Source: Bacteroidales bacterium (GTDB lineage Bacteria; Bacteroidota; Bacteroidia; Bacteroidales; Paludibacteraceae). Taken from it: a stretch of 64,000 nt of DNA. A program made the translations under genes and the position numbers. Below are positions 34,663 through 45,011 of the stretch, piece by piece; positions within the stretch are counted from its first letter, which is position 1; each line of letters starts with the position of its first letter. Below the pieces are notes generated by a model, which was not told the DNA's origin, ran no database searches, and was given only the letters and a program-made list of their open reading frames with translations. Location: assembly GCA_022777485.1 (NCBI GenBank), contig JALFGC010000051.1:10273-74272 (forward strand), read 5' to 3'.

Positions 34663-34693
34663 TAATATGGGTGGGGAGGGTTACTCATTTTCT

Positions 34694-34724
34694 ATGTAGC
34701 AAATGTAGCAAATGTAGCAAATGT
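34694..34724 (+). repeat. 9-bp tandem repeat x3.4 (atgtagcaa)
   Basis: Read directly. It uses the same tagcaaatg word as the arms of the 34372-34483 unit. Confidence 0.85.
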
Positions 34725-34928
34725 TATCCAAGTGCATTTTGCCGCATTTGTCCCGAACATGTTCGGATAAAATGGGGTGGCGGGAGGATATGTTTAAGAA
34801 TATAATTTTAATGGCGCATGAATGGGCTTTAATAGGGGAATCAGGGAAAAATAAACCACCTATTAAGGGAGATGAATAGCGAATGCATTTTTTTTTGAAA
34901 AAAAACTTGCAAAAACCGATTTTTTTTT

Positions 34929-34936
34929 GTATCTTT
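34929..34936 (+). promoter_or_regulatory. -7 box TATCTTTG, candidate dcp promoter
   Basis: Exact TAnnTTTG match, 20 nt upstream of ATG 34956. Confidence 0.55.
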
Positions 34937-34955
34937 GCACAAAATTTCAAACGAT

Positions 34956-37046
34956 ATGAAAAAACTATTTATACTGAGCCTTGCGCTCATCGCCCTTATG
35001 GCTTGCACCAACACGGAAAACCCGCTCCTCACGGAGCAAAACACGCCCTACGGCGTGCCGGCTTTCGACAAAGTGAAGACGGAGCACTATATGCCCGCCT
35101 TCGAGAAAGCCATTGCGGAAAACAAAGCGGAAATTGACGCTATCGTTGCCAACACCGAAGCACCCACCTTCGAGAACACTATCGCTGCCCTCGACCGCAC
35201 GGGAGCCCTGCTTGACAGAGTGGTGGGCGTGTTCTTCAACATTCTCGACGCCGACGGCAACGATGAGATGAACGCCATTGCAGAGGAGGTTACACCCATG
35301 CTCTCCGAACTATCCGACGGTATCATTCTCAACGACTCCCTCTTCCAACGCGTGAAAACCGTCTACGACGCACGAGAGACGCTCAACCTCACTCCCGAGC
35401 AACTGCGACTCACCGAACAGACCTACAAGAGTTTCGCACAGAACGGTGCTAACCTGCCCGACGACAAGAAAGAACGACTCAAAGAAATCAACAAAGAGTT
35501 GGGACTGCTCTCCTTGCAGTTCGGCAACAATGTGGTGGCTGAGACCAATGCCTACCAACTCTTCGTTACCGATGAGAGCGAGTTGGCAGGGCTACCGGAG
35601 AGCGCCAAAGCCGCTGCGAGAGAAGAAGCCGTAGCAGCAGGGCAACCCAACGCATGGCTCTTCACGCCCAAACGCACATCCTTCACCCCCGTGCTGCAAT
35701 ACTGCGAGAACCGTAAACTGCGCGAGGAACTGCTTATGGCATACACCACCCGCGGCAATCATAACAACGAGTTCGACAACAAAGCCGTCATTCAAAAGAC
35801 TATGGCGCTCCGTATCGAGAAAGCCCAACTCTTCGGCTACAGCAACCCCGCCGACTATATCCTTGCCGACTGCATGGCAAAAAACGCCAAGACCGTAGAT
35901 GCTTTCCTGCAGTCCGTCTGGGCACCTTCTATCAAGGCGGCTAAGCGCGAGGCGGCTGCCCTACAAGCACTCATGAACCAAGACCTCCCGGGCGAGAAAC
36001 TGCAACCTTGGGACTGGTGGTACTACGCTGAGAAACTCCGCAAAGAGCAGTACGACCTCGACGAGGAAGAACTCAAACCCTATTTCGAGTTGAGCAATGT
36101 GCGCCGCGGTGTCTTCCAACTCGCTACCACCCTCTACGGCTTGCAGTTCGAGCAACTCGAAGGAATGCCCGTCTATAACCCCGAGGTCGAGGTCTTCAAA
36201 GTTACTGACGCCGACGGCTCACTCATTGGTATCCTCTACACAGACTATTTCCCCCGCGCAGGCAAACGCCCCGGGGCTTGGATGAACGATATCTGCCACC
36301 AGTATGTGGACGCCAACGGTGTGGACCACCGACCCGTTATCATAAATGTGGGTAACTTCAACAAGCCCACCCAAGGCAACCCCTCGCTGCTCAGCATGGA
36401 CGATGTGGAGACCCTCTTCCACGAGTTCGGACACGCGCTCCACGGACTCCTCTCTAAGGCAACCTACAAATCCCTCGCAGGCACCAACACGCCGAGAGAC
36501 TTCGTTGAATTACCCTCCCAGTTCATGGAGAACTACTGCTACCGCCCCGAGGTCATGAAGACCTACGCTTTCCACTACCAAACGGGCGAGGTCATGCCCG
36601 ACAGCCTCATTGCGAAAATCAATCGTGCCGCCACCTTCAACCAAGGATTCGTTACCGCCGAACTGCTCTCCGCATCCATCCTCGATATGGACTACCACGA
36701 GTTGACCTCTTCCGACAACCTCGATGTCAATGCCTTCGAGGCAGAGTCCATGCAGAAGATGGGTATGATTCCCGAAATCATTACCCGCTACCGCTCTACT
36801 TTCTACAACCATATCTTCACCACGGGCTACGAGGCGGGCTACTATAGTTATACTTGGGCGGCAGTGCTCGACGCAGACGCTTTTGCAGCCTTTGCCGAGA
36901 CGGGCGATATCTTCAACCCTGAGGTGGCACGCCGTTTCCGCCACCTGCTCGAACAAGGAGGCACACGCGACGCACAGGAACTCTACCTTGAGTTCCGAGG
37001 CAAACCCGCCAACCCCAAGTTCTACCTCCAACGCAAAGGATTCTAA
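34956..37046 (+). CDS. dcp: Peptidyl-dipeptidase Dcp (M3 family zinc metallopeptidase), lipoprotein signal
   Basis: Signal MKKLFILSLALIALMAC, zinc site HEFGHALH, and YSYTWAAVLDADAF. The ORF-track start at 34935 overlaps the promoter box. Confidence 0.9.
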   Translation: MKKLFILSLALIALMACTNTENPLLTEQNTPYGVPAFDKVKTEHYMPAFEKAIAENKAEIDAIVANTEAPTFENTIAALDRTGALLDRVVGVFFNILDADGNDEMNAIAEEVTPMLSELSDGIILNDSLFQRVKTVYDARETLNLTPEQLRLTEQTYKSFAQNGANLPDDKKERLKEINKELGLLSLQFGNNVVAETNAYQLFVTDESELAGLPESAKAAAREEAVAAGQPNAWLFTPKRTSFTPVLQYCENRKLREELLMAYTTRGNHNNEFDNKAVIQKTMALRIEKAQLFGYSNPADYILADCMAKNAKTVDAFLQSVWAPSIKAAKREAAALQALMNQDLPGEKLQPWDWWYYAEKLRKEQYDLDEEELKPYFELSNVRRGVFQLATTLYGLQFEQLEGMPVYNPEVEVFKVTDADGSLIGILYTDYFPRAGKRPGAWMNDICHQYVDANGVDHRPVIINVGNFNKPTQGNPSLLSMDDVETLFHEFGHALHGLLSKATYKSLAGTNTPRDFVELPSQFMENYCYRPEVMKTYAFHYQTGEVMPDSLIAKINRAATFNQGFVTAELLSASILDMDYHELTSSDNLDVNAFEAESMQKMGMIPEIITRYRSTFYNHIFTTGYEAGYYSYTWAAVLDADAFAAFAETGDIFNPEVARRFRHLLEQGGTRDAQELYLEFRGKPANPKFYLQRKGF

Positions 37047-37152
37047 CCTCCGAGGACGCGGGTGGTACATACCGATGCTTGCATCCCGATTCATCGGGGA
37101 TTGTCGTGTGCGTCTCGCCCGCGGTTATCCAACCACTAACCAACTAACCACT

Positions 37153-37192
37153 TTCTCCCTCCCTTGTAGGGAGGGACGGGGTGGGTCCTCTA
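37153..37192 (+). repeat. CTCCC/GGGAG element copy abutting the next gene start
   Basis: The sequence is ttctccctccct-tgt-agggaggga-cg-gggtgggtcctcta, followed immediately by ATG 37193. Confidence 0.75.
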
Positions 37193-38056
37193 ATGTCCTT
37201 CTTCCAATCCATATCCCGTCTCCCCCTACCGATAGCCCTTGCGCTATCGGTAGGGGTTTTGTGCGGATGGATTCCTGACTTTCTCGCCTGCGACTACGCC
37301 TCTTTTGCCTCTGCCTTTCCCCTCTTTCTCACCTTCGCACTCACCCTGCTAAACGCCTACATTCTCTTCCTTCTGTTGCTGAATACGGGCGTCGTGCGGT
37401 TCCGTGATTTCCTGCCCGTCTTTCTCTTTCTGCTCACTACCACTGCTTTCCCGATAATCCACTGTTGGTGGCAACTACAAGTCGCTATCCTATTCACAAC
37501 CATTATCGTGCAGGTCATCCACCGAGCCTACCGCGAGGAGGAAACCGCACACGACTGCTTCCTCGCCACATCTTTCGCACTCATTGCAGCCCTCTTCCTC
37601 CCGGAAGCGGTCTGCATGATACCTCTTATATGGCTTGCCTATGTCCTGCTTCGCTCCATGAACCTGCGCACGGCATTAGGCTCACTCATCGCCATAGCGC
37701 TCTTCGCCATCTATGCCGCCATTGCAGTGCTTTTCTTTGATGTCCCGCTACCCGCAATGGAGCAGGTCTTCGGCGGACTCTCCACTGCCGTGCACGCAAT
37801 GTCGCTCGCGCAGATAATGCTCCTCGCTATCTTCCTCGCTTTCCACTTGGCTTTTCTCATCACCATCGCCGTGCGCATAGATAGAGACAGCATAGCGCAG
37901 CAATCGTTGTTGCTCCTTCTCTTCCTTTTCTTCCTGCCTGCGGCAGCCGCCACGCTCTTCTTCCGTCAGCGAGACTCCCTCGCCCGTGGCGTCGTCTTCT
38001 GCCTCTACACAGCCTTCCTGCTCACCACATACGCACTCCATTGGCTGTTGCCATAG
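37193..38056 (+). CDS. Polytopic membrane protein of unknown function (~8 TM)
   Basis: Long hydrophobic ORF with no recognizable catalytic motif. The ORF-track GTG 37181 lies inside the repeat, so ATG 37193 is preferred. Confidence 0.6.
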   Translation: MSFFQSISRLPLPIALALSVGVLCGWIPDFLACDYASFASAFPLFLTFALTLLNAYILFLLLLNTGVVRFRDFLPVFLFLLTTTAFPIIHCWWQLQVAILFTTIIVQVIHRAYREEETAHDCFLATSFALIAALFLPEAVCMIPLIWLAYVLLRSMNLRTALGSLIAIALFAIYAAIAVLFFDVPLPAMEQVFGGLSTAVHAMSLAQIMLLAIFLAFHLAFLITIAVRIDRDSIAQQSLLLLLFLFFLPAAAATLFFRQRDSLARGVVFCLYTAFLLTTYALHWLLP

Positions 38057-38062
38057 CCTAAG

Positions 38063-38090
38063 TCCGGACACCCCCCACTCCCTCTCCAAC
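38063..38090 (-). repeat. Partial CTCCC/GGGAG element copy (reverse orientation)
   Basis: tccggacaccccccactccctctcc has the reverse complement ggagagggagtggggggtgtccgga. Compare the reverse complement of 58409-58446. Confidence 0.5.
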
Positions 38091-38094
38091 ATAC

Positions 38095-38131
38095 CAAAAA
38101 GAGGAGACTGCCTTTGATAGGCAATCTCCTC
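38095..38131 (-). terminator. Rho-independent terminator for trxB (minus strand)
   Basis: The hairpin is gaggagactgcct-ttgat-aggcaatctcctc. An A-run at 38096-38100 becomes the T-run on the minus strand. Confidence 0.6.
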
Positions 38132-38174
38132 GTGCTAAATCGCGTCCGAGGCTAATCAGCCACTGCCCCGCGCT

Positions 38175-39095
38175 CTATTGCTTCAGGTACTTCTCCGCTT
38201 CCATCGCTGCTTTGCAGCCCGCTGCCGCAGCCACGATGGCTTGACGATAATGAGGGTCGGCGCAGTCTCCTGCGGCATACACTCCCGCCACATTCGTACG
38301 CGGACTGTCGCCCTGCACCTTGATATACCCTTCCTCATCCCTGTCGAGGTAAGCAGCAAAGAGGTCGGTGTTCGGCTTATGTCCGATGGCAAGGAAGAAT
38401 CCGTCTATCTCGATATGCCGCACTTCCTCCTCTGCGCTGCCCTTGCGATACACCAAATCCGCGCCTTGCACCTTTGGCTCGCCCGTCAGTTGCAGGGTGT
38501 TGTGCTCAAACAGCACCTCTATCTTCGGATTATTCAGCACACGCTGCTGCATAATCTCCGACGCACGCAGATAAGGCTTGCGCACAATCATATACACTTT
38601 CTTGCACAATCCCGCGAGATAAGTCGCCTCCTCGCAAGCCGTATCACCGCCGCCTACTACCGCCACCGTCTTGTTGCGGTAGAAGAAACCGTCGCAAGTA
38701 GCGCATGCAGACACGCCACGTCCCTTGTACTCCTCCTCCGAGGGAATACCCAAGAACTTCGCACTCGCCCCGGTGGCAACTATCACCGTCTCCGACTCTA
38801 AAAGCGTGCCGTTATCCAACCACACTTTCTTCGGAGAGCAACTGAAATCGACTTTCTCCACTATCCCCTCCATAAACTGCGTGCCAAACCGCTCCGCCTG
38901 ACGACGCATATCATCCATCATCTGGAAGGGTGCAACCCCCTCGGGATACCCGGGGAAGGTCTCCACCTCGGTGGTAATCATCAACTGACCGCCTACTTGC
39001 GGACCTTCAATCAATACGGGAGACAAATTTGCGCGAGAGGCATATATCGCTGCCGTATATCCCGCAGGTCCCGAACCTATTATCAAACAATTCAT
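38175..39095 (-). CDS. trxB: Thioredoxin-disulfide reductase
   Basis: Contains IIGSGPAGYTAAIYASRANL, the redox site CATCDGFFY, and VVGGGDTACEEATYL. Confidence 0.93.
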   Translation of the reverse strand: MNCLIIGSGPAGYTAAIYASRANLSPVLIEGPQVGGQLMITTEVETFPGYPEGVAPFQMMDDMRRQAERFGTQFMEGIVEKVDFSCSPKKVWLDNGTLLESETVIVATGASAKFLGIPSEEEYKGRGVSACATCDGFFYRNKTVAVVGGGDTACEEATYLAGLCKKVYMIVRKPYLRASEIMQQRVLNNPKIEVLFEHNTLQLTGEPKVQGADLVYRKGSAEEEVRHIEIDGFFLAIGHKPNTDLFAAYLDRDEEGYIKVQGDSPRTNVAGVYAAGDCADPHYRQAIVAAAAGCKAAMEAEKYLKQ

Positions 39096-39144
39096 AGCGA
39101 TTTTATTAGCAATGCGCTTCTAATTCATATTAACTATTATCTAT

Positions 39145-41844
39145 TCAGAATAAACTCAACTGGCTATCATTCTCATTCTCCTCTCTGGCAGAATCCTGAG
39201 AGTGGGTAGTGATCGTCATGGGCACATCTTCCACCGAAATCACGGTATCCCCTGTCGCCGCTTGGGGCTGCTGCTCTTCCTTTGTCTCCTCTGCGCCGGC
39301 AAGCGCAGAATCGCCGGCATTCCTCTCTTCCCCTTCGGTCTCTTCTCCGATGGAGTCTTCCTCTGCTTCAGGTTCAGGCTCCGGCGTGATATCCTCTATT
39401 CGGCTGATTTCCAAGGTGGAGAGTCGCTTTCCCTTCGCCTTCGGCGACTTCTCGTCGATAAACTCCGCCATCGCTATCTCCTGTGGCTCGCGCGTTTCAT
39501 CGCTGAATACCAGTCGGAAGACGGGCTCCTCGCGGTCGGTCAGCAGCACGATACGCGACTCCTTGTTCTCGCCTAACATGTTCTGCGACTTCAAAGTAGC
39601 ATCGAAGGTAAACCGCTTCGCGTAGTAATACCCCAAGTCTGCATTCCATAGCGCCAGCGTCCACACTTTCTCTGCATTGAACTTCTCTATGCGCAGGATG
39701 TTTTGGTCGAAGTGCGCCGTCAAGTCAAAGGTCGTCAGGTAGTAATCGCCCGTGGTGGTAATCACTAATATGCGGTCTTCGTCCCAGAACTCGCCGAGGT
39801 AGTTCCCCTGCCCGTCGTAATTGATACGCAGCACATCGGGGTCGAACCACACCTTGCGTCCGCCTAATGTCGAGTGCCCTTTCTGCTTGAGCGTGATACT
39901 CTTCACCTCAAACTTCGTCAGCACATTGCCTCGTGCCGTGCGGCTCTTCACTGCCAACTCGCTCAGGTCTTTGCACACCTCCATCTTTTTTAGGTGCAAC
40001 GCAGGCTTCAACTGAATACGAATCACCTCTGCCTCGCCGTTCGGGTTCGCGGTGAAATACACCACCTTGCTTCCCGCCTTGCCTTGCGTCAGGTCGTACT
40101 CTTTGTCGCGCGAAACGCCCGTAACCGAGAAACGCTTCATGAAATACACCCCGCCTTTTCCGTCGCGATACACCACATTGTATATCGTCCGGTCGTCGTT
40201 GCGTTTGAAGATGGCAATATGCAGGATATCCGTGCCAATGAACAATTTCTCCGCCACGCGCATCACCTTGTATTTGCCGTCTTTGTGGAATACGATGATG
40301 TCGTCTATATCCGAGCAGTTGCAGAGGAACTCGTCTTTCTTCAGCCCTGTCCCCACAAAGCCCTCCGCGCGGTTGATATATAGTTTCTCGTTGGCTTCTA
40401 CCACGGTCTTCACATTGATATTCGCGAAGTTACGCACCTCCGTGCGACGCGGGTATTTCTCCCCGTATTTCTTCCGCAACATCTCAAACCACTCTATCGT
40501 GTATTCCGTCAGGTGCGCCAAGTGCTTCTGACAGGCTTTTATCTGCTTCTCGAGGTCGCGCATCAACTCATCCGCTTTCTTCGAGTCGAACTTCGTGATA
40601 CGAATCATCCGTATCTCAAACAGTTTCTCGATATCCTCTTGTCGCACTTCGCGTATCAGTTGTGCTTTCCACGGCGTCAGGGCTTTGTCCACAAACGCAA
40701 TCAACTTCTCCTTGTTCGGCGCCGTCTCGTAGCCCTCTTCCTTATAAATTCGGTTCTCAATAAATATCTTCTCCAGCGAGGTGTAGAAGTATTTCTCCTC
40801 CAACTCGGCTTTCTCTATCTCCAACTCCCATTTGAGCAACGCCATTGTGTTGTCCACCGACATCCTGAGCAGGTTGCTCACCGTGGTGAATATCGGCTTC
40901 TTGTCCTGCACCACGCAGCAGTTAGGCGAGATATTCACCTCGCAGTCGGTAAACGCATACAGCGCGTCTATCGCTTTGTCCGACGAAGACCCGGGGGCTA
41001 ACTGCACTACAATCCGCGCGGTATCCGCCGTGAAGTCGTCCACCTTGCGAATCTTTATCTTCCCTTTCTGATTTGCCCGCAGGATGGTCTCGATAATCTT
41101 CGTAGTCGTGGTGCCGTAGGGTATCTCCGTGATTATCAGTGTCTTGTTGTCGTCTGCTTTCTGTATCTTCGCCCGAATCTTCACCGTGCCCCCGCGCTCG
41201 CCGTCGTTGTAGCGGCTCACATCTATCTCGCCACCCGTCGGGAAATCGGGATAGAGCACAAACTCCTCCCCGCGCAGATACGCCAGCGCAGCATCGCATA
41301 TCTCGCAGAAGTTATGCGGCAGTATCTTCGAGTTCAGCCCTACGGCAATCCCCTCCACGCCTTGCGCCAGCAGCAGCGGGAACTTTATCGGCAGGTGGAT
41401 AGGCTCTTTCTTACGACCGTCGTACGACAACATCCAGTGCGTTGTTTTCGGGTTAAACACCGTGTCGAGCGCAAACTTGCTCAGCCGCGCCTCGATATAT
41501 CGAGGTGCCGCCGCGCCGTCACCCGTGAGGATATTCCCCCAGTTTCCCTGACAGTCTATCAGCAGGTCTTTCTGCCCTAATTGTACGAGTGCGTCTCCAA
41601 TGCTTGCGTCGCCGTGCGGGTGGTACTGCATGGTCTGTCCCACGATGTTCGCCACCTTGTTCATCTTCCCGTCGTCCACGCACTTCATCGCATGCAGGAT
41701 ACGGCGTTGCACAGGCTTCAAACCGTCCTCTATTGCGGGGACGGCTCGCTCTAATATCACATACGAAGCATAGTCCAAGAACCAGTCTTGGTACATGCCT
41801 GTCAAGTGATACTTCACAGAATCATTGAAGGCATTCTCGCTCAT
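39145..41844 (-). CDS. parC: DNA topoisomerase IV subunit A
   Basis: Contains WFLDYASYVILERAVPAIEDGLKPVQRRILHAM and QYHPHGDASI, with a beta-pinwheel C-terminus and an acidic tail. 899 aa. Confidence 0.85.
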   Translation of the reverse strand: MSENAFNDSVKYHLTGMYQDWFLDYASYVILERAVPAIEDGLKPVQRRILHAMKCVDDGKMNKVANIVGQTMQYHPHGDASIGDALVQLGQKDLLIDCQGNWGNILTGDGAAAPRYIEARLSKFALDTVFNPKTTHWMLSYDGRKKEPIHLPIKFPLLLAQGVEGIAVGLNSKILPHNFCEICDAALAYLRGEEFVLYPDFPTGGEIDVSRYNDGERGGTVKIRAKIQKADDNKTLIITEIPYGTTTTKIIETILRANQKGKIKIRKVDDFTADTARIVVQLAPGSSSDKAIDALYAFTDCEVNISPNCCVVQDKKPIFTTVSNLLRMSVDNTMALLKWELEIEKAELEEKYFYTSLEKIFIENRIYKEEGYETAPNKEKLIAFVDKALTPWKAQLIREVRQEDIEKLFEIRMIRITKFDSKKADELMRDLEKQIKACQKHLAHLTEYTIEWFEMLRKKYGEKYPRRTEVRNFANINVKTVVEANEKLYINRAEGFVGTGLKKDEFLCNCSDIDDIIVFHKDGKYKVMRVAEKLFIGTDILHIAIFKRNDDRTIYNVVYRDGKGGVYFMKRFSVTGVSRDKEYDLTQGKAGSKVVYFTANPNGEAEVIRIQLKPALHLKKMEVCKDLSELAVKSRTARGNVLTKFEVKSITLKQKGHSTLGGRKVWFDPDVLRINYDGQGNYLGEFWDEDRILVITTTGDYYLTTFDLTAHFDQNILRIEKFNAEKVWTLALWNADLGYYYAKRFTFDATLKSQNMLGENKESRIVLLTDREEPVFRLVFSDETREPQEIAMAEFIDEKSPKAKGKRLSTLEISRIEDITPEPEPEAEEDSIGEETEGEERNAGDSALAGAEETKEEQQPQAATGDTVISVEDVPMTITTHSQDSAREENENDSQLSLF

Positions 41845-41853
41845 ACAGCGCGA

Positions 41854-42021
41854 TTACTCAACGAATTTGTTTGCTACGATGTAGGTCAGAATACCTGCCA
41901 ACTCGGTTGCTAAACCTGCTACTAACAGCCAGTTTTGCTGAGCAGCGAAGTTGTAAACCACCAAGAAAGCCACCCCCAACAGAAGGATGATTACGCCTAA
42001 GTTTTTAAGAATTGCGTTCAT
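41854..42021 (-). CDS. 55-aa two-helix membrane protein (below the ORF-track cutoff)
   Basis: My translation is MNAILKNLGVIILLLGVAFLVVYNFAAQQNWLLVAGLATELAGILTYIVANKFVE. Its stop is 9 nt before the parC ATG, and its own -7 box lies 43 nt upstream. Confidence 0.55.
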   Translation of the reverse strand: MNAILKNLGVIILLLGVAFLVVYNFAAQQNWLLVAGLATELAGILTYIVANKFVE

Positions 42022-42063
42022 ATCGTCTTAGAATAATAAGATTAATCTTTTCCAAATCGGCTG

Positions 42064-42071
42064 CAAAATTA
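42064..42071 (-). promoter_or_regulatory. -7 box TAATTTTG (minus strand), candidate promoter for the small ORF and parC
   Basis: Forward caaaatta is the reverse complement of TAATTTTG. Confidence 0.5.
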
Positions 42072-42272
42072 CGACTTTTTTTTGACAAAAGCAAGATTTC
42101 TCCGTTTTTTTTGCATTTTTTCACTAACTATCCCCAAAAATTGGTAATGCGATACATGTTATCCCCTTTTATCAAAGGCATGTAATTGTCGTGTTAGGCT
42201 GTAACATGTAACAATTATAACATTTGTAACATAAACATTTAGTATTCATTTGCATATTTCAAAAAAATGTTG

Positions 42273-42280
42273 TACCTTTG
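42273..42280 (+). promoter_or_regulatory. -7 box TACCTTTG, candidate promoter of the RNase R-like gene
   Basis: Exact TAnnTTTG match, 28 nt upstream of ATG 42308. Confidence 0.55.
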
Positions 42281-42307
42281 CAGCGGAATTAGATAGAGAA
42301 GATAGAT

Positions 42308-43636
42308 ATGCTACCAATCGACGAACAAGAGATATTAAGGCGACGGGATATGAGGGAGGTTTTCACCTTCACGATAGACCCTAATGACGCAAAGGATTTT
42401 GACGATGCGCTGTCGTATCAGGTACTGTCGGACGGTCTGGTGCAGGTGGGTGTACATATCGCGGATGTGAGCCATTATGTGCAGCCCGGGGATGCGGTGG
42501 ATGAGGAGGCGTACAAGCGTGGGACGAGCACTTATCTGGTAGATAGGGTGCTGCCAATGCTGCCGGAGGAGTTATGCAACGACCTATGTTCGCTGCGACC
42601 GCATGAGGACAAGTTGTGTATGTCGGTGGTGTTCACGATGACGCAAGAGGCGGAGGTGGTGAAGCATAAGATTTGCCGGACGGTGATACGGTCGGACGCG
42701 CGGCTGGACTACGATGAGGCGCAGGCGATGATAGAGAGGGGTAGTGAGCAAAAGCAAAGCGGTCTTTGGGAAGCGATACATGGGTTAGACAAGATAGCGA
42801 GGATACTGCGAGGTAAGCGGTTTGAAGCAGGGGCGTTGGTGCTGGAGCAGGATGAGATGCGCTTTCGACTGGATGAGCAGGGTGAGCCGGTGGAGATATA
42901 CTTCGAGCGTCCGAACGAGGCGCACCACCTGATAGAGGAGTTCATGCTGCTGGCGAATAGGACGGTGGCGGAAGCGGTGGGGAAGAAGCCGTTTGTGTAT
43001 CGTATTCACGACAAACCCGATAAGGAGAAATTGCGCGAGTTGAAAGCCTTTCAGAAGCGTATGGGCAAGCGTGTGCCCCCGCAGGTGATAGACATGCTGA
43101 CCGTTCGGGCGATGGCGAAAGCAAAGTACTCGACACAGAATATCGGGCACTACGGGTTGGCGTTTAAGCATTACACCCACTTCACCTCGCCTATTCGGCG
43201 GTATCCCGACCTGATGGTGCACCGTCTGCTGGAGAAATATATCCTGAAAGGGAAAGGAGACAGCCTGCCGCGGAATGTGCTGGAAGAGATGTGTATCCAC
43301 TGCTCGGAGCGGGAGATAGACGCACAGCAGGCAGAGCGCGACTCGAACAAGATGTATCAAGCCAAATGGATGAAGCAGCATATCGGCGAGGAAGCGGACG
43401 GGCATATCTCGGGCGTTACGGATTTCGGGGTGTTCGTGCAGTTGGATGAGAGCCGCTGCGAAGGGCTGGTGCGTATCAATAGGTTAGTGCCCGGGGACTA
43501 CATGGTGTACGACGAGAAGAACTATCGACTGATAGCGGAGGAGTCGGGCAAGACCTTCACGCTGGGCGACCCGATGCGGGTGAAGATTATTCGGGCGGAC
43601 GCGGAGAAGCGGCAGATTGATTTTAAGCCCTTATAA
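42308..43636 (+). CDS. RNB-family 3'-5' exoribonuclease (RNase R/II-like) consisting of RNB and S1 domains only
   Basis: The ORF starts directly at the RNB motif [18 protein letters not shown]. Also present: [42 protein letters not shown], and a C-terminal S1 domain ([15 protein letters not shown]). It is 442 aa against the ~700+ aa I recall for RNase R. Confidence 0.8.
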   Translation: MLPIDEQEILRRRDMREVFTFTIDPNDAKDFDDALSYQVLSDGLVQVGVHIADVSHYVQPGDAVDEEAYKRGTSTYLVDRVLPMLPEELCNDLCSLRPHEDKLCMSVVFTMTQEAEVVKHKICRTVIRSDARLDYDEAQAMIERGSEQKQSGLWEAIHGLDKIARILRGKRFEAGALVLEQDEMRFRLDEQGEPVEIYFERPNEAHHLIEEFMLLANRTVAEAVGKKPFVYRIHDKPDKEKLRELKAFQKRMGKRVPPQVIDMLTVRAMAKAKYSTQNIGHYGLAFKHYTHFTSPIRRYPDLMVHRLLEKYILKGKGDSLPRNVLEEMCIHCSEREIDAQQAERDSNKMYQAKWMKQHIGEEADGHISGVTDFGVFVQLDESRCEGLVRINRLVPGDYMVYDEKNYRLIAEESGKTFTLGDPMRVKIIRADAEKRQIDFKPL

Positions 43637-43650
43637 AGCGCTACGCGCTG

Positions 43651-43708
43651 TACACGGAGCGAAGCGGAGTTTCTTACACGAAGCGAAGCGGAGTTATTTA
43701 CACGAAGT
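43651..43708 (+). repeat. ~24-bp tandem repeat x2.3 (tacacgRagcgaagcggagtt...)
   Basis: Read directly. It shares the gcgaagcgg word with the mosaic palindromic family. Confidence 0.7.
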
Positions 43709-43730
43709 TACAAACACAAAGTTACAATAT

Positions 43731-45011
43731 ATGACACGAGACACAGCTATTTTTGACCTTATCGCCAAGGAGCGTGAGCGTCAAGTGAAAGGCATCGAAC
43801 TGATTGCGAGTGAGAACTTCGTTAGCGACCAAGTGCTGGAAGCAATGGGTAGCGTGATGACGAACAAGTACGCCGAGGGTTACCCCGGGCATCGCTACTA
43901 TGGCGGCTGCGAGGTGGTGGACATGAGCGAGGAGTTGGCACGCACCCGACTGAAACAACTATACGGCGCAGCGTATGTGAATGTGCAACCGCACTCGGGG
44001 GCGCAAGCGAACATGGCGGTCTTCATGGCGTGTCTCAAGGCAGGCGACACCTTCATGGGGCTTAACCTGTCGCACGGCGGACACCTGAGCCACGGCTCGG
44101 CGGTGAACTTCTCAGGACTGATGTTCCATGCTATTGACTACAGCCTGCGCGAGGAGACAGGGCGTGTGGACTACGACGAGTTAGAGCAGAAAGCGCGTGC
44201 AGAGCGTCCGAAACTGATTATCGCCGGTGCGAGTGCGTACAGCCGCGAGTGGGACTATGCGCGTATCCGCAAGGTGGCGGACGAGATAGGGGCAATCTTC
44301 ATGGTGGACATGGCGCACCCTGCCGGACTGATTGCCGCAGGCTTGCTGGAGAACCCCGTGAAGCATGCACATATCGTTACCTCCACAACGCACAAGACAC
44401 TGCGCGGACCTCGCGGCGGTATCATTCTGATGGGGCAAGACTTCCCCAACCCGTGGGGCAAGACCACACCGAAAGGGGAGGTGAAGATGATGTCGGCATT
44501 GCTGGATTCTGCAGTGTTCCCCGGCACGCAAGGCGGTCCGCTGGAGCACGTGATAGCCGCGAAGGCAGTGGCGTTCGGAGAGGCACTTACGCCGGAGTTC
44601 GTGGCATATCAGAAGCAGGTGAAGACCAACGCAGCGGTGATGGCGCAGGCGTTCATTGACAAGGGATATAAGATTATCTCCGGCGGTACGGACAACCACA
44701 GCATGCTGGTGGACCTGCGGACGAAATACCCCGACCTGACGGGCAAAGTGGCAGAGAAAGCACTCGTAGCAGCCGACATCACTACCAACAAGAACATGGT
44801 GCCGTTCGACACGCGCTCGGCATTCCAGACCTCGGGCTTGCGCTTTGGCACACCCGCTATCACCACCCGCGGACTGAAAGAGGACAAGATGCCGTGGATA
44901 GTGGAACTCATTGACCGCGTGCTGCAAGCGCCGGAGTCGGAGAGCGTGATTGCCACGGTACGCGCCGAGGTGAACCGCGAGATGACGCAACATCCGCTGT
45001 TCGCGTGGTAG
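43731..45011 (+). CDS. glyA: Serine hydroxymethyltransferase
   Basis: Contains [23 protein letters not shown] and [14 protein letters not shown]. 426 aa from ATG 43731. The ORF-track start at 43617 runs through the repeat. Confidence 0.94.
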   Translation: MTRDTAIFDLIAKERERQVKGIELIASENFVSDQVLEAMGSVMTNKYAEGYPGHRYYGGCEVVDMSEELARTRLKQLYGAAYVNVQPHSGAQANMAVFMACLKAGDTFMGLNLSHGGHLSHGSAVNFSGLMFHAIDYSLREETGRVDYDELEQKARAERPKLIIAGASAYSREWDYARIRKVADEIGAIFMVDMAHPAGLIAAGLLENPVKHAHIVTSTTHKTLRGPRGGIILMGQDFPNPWGKTTPKGEVKMMSALLDSAVFPGTQGGPLEHVIAAKAVAFGEALTPEFVAYQKQVKTNAAVMAQAFIDKGYKIISGGTDNHSMLVDLRTKYPDLTGKVAEKALVAADITTNKNMVPFDTRSAFQTSGLRFGTPAITTRGLKEDKMPWIVELIDRVLQAPESESVIATVRAEVNREMTQHPLFAW

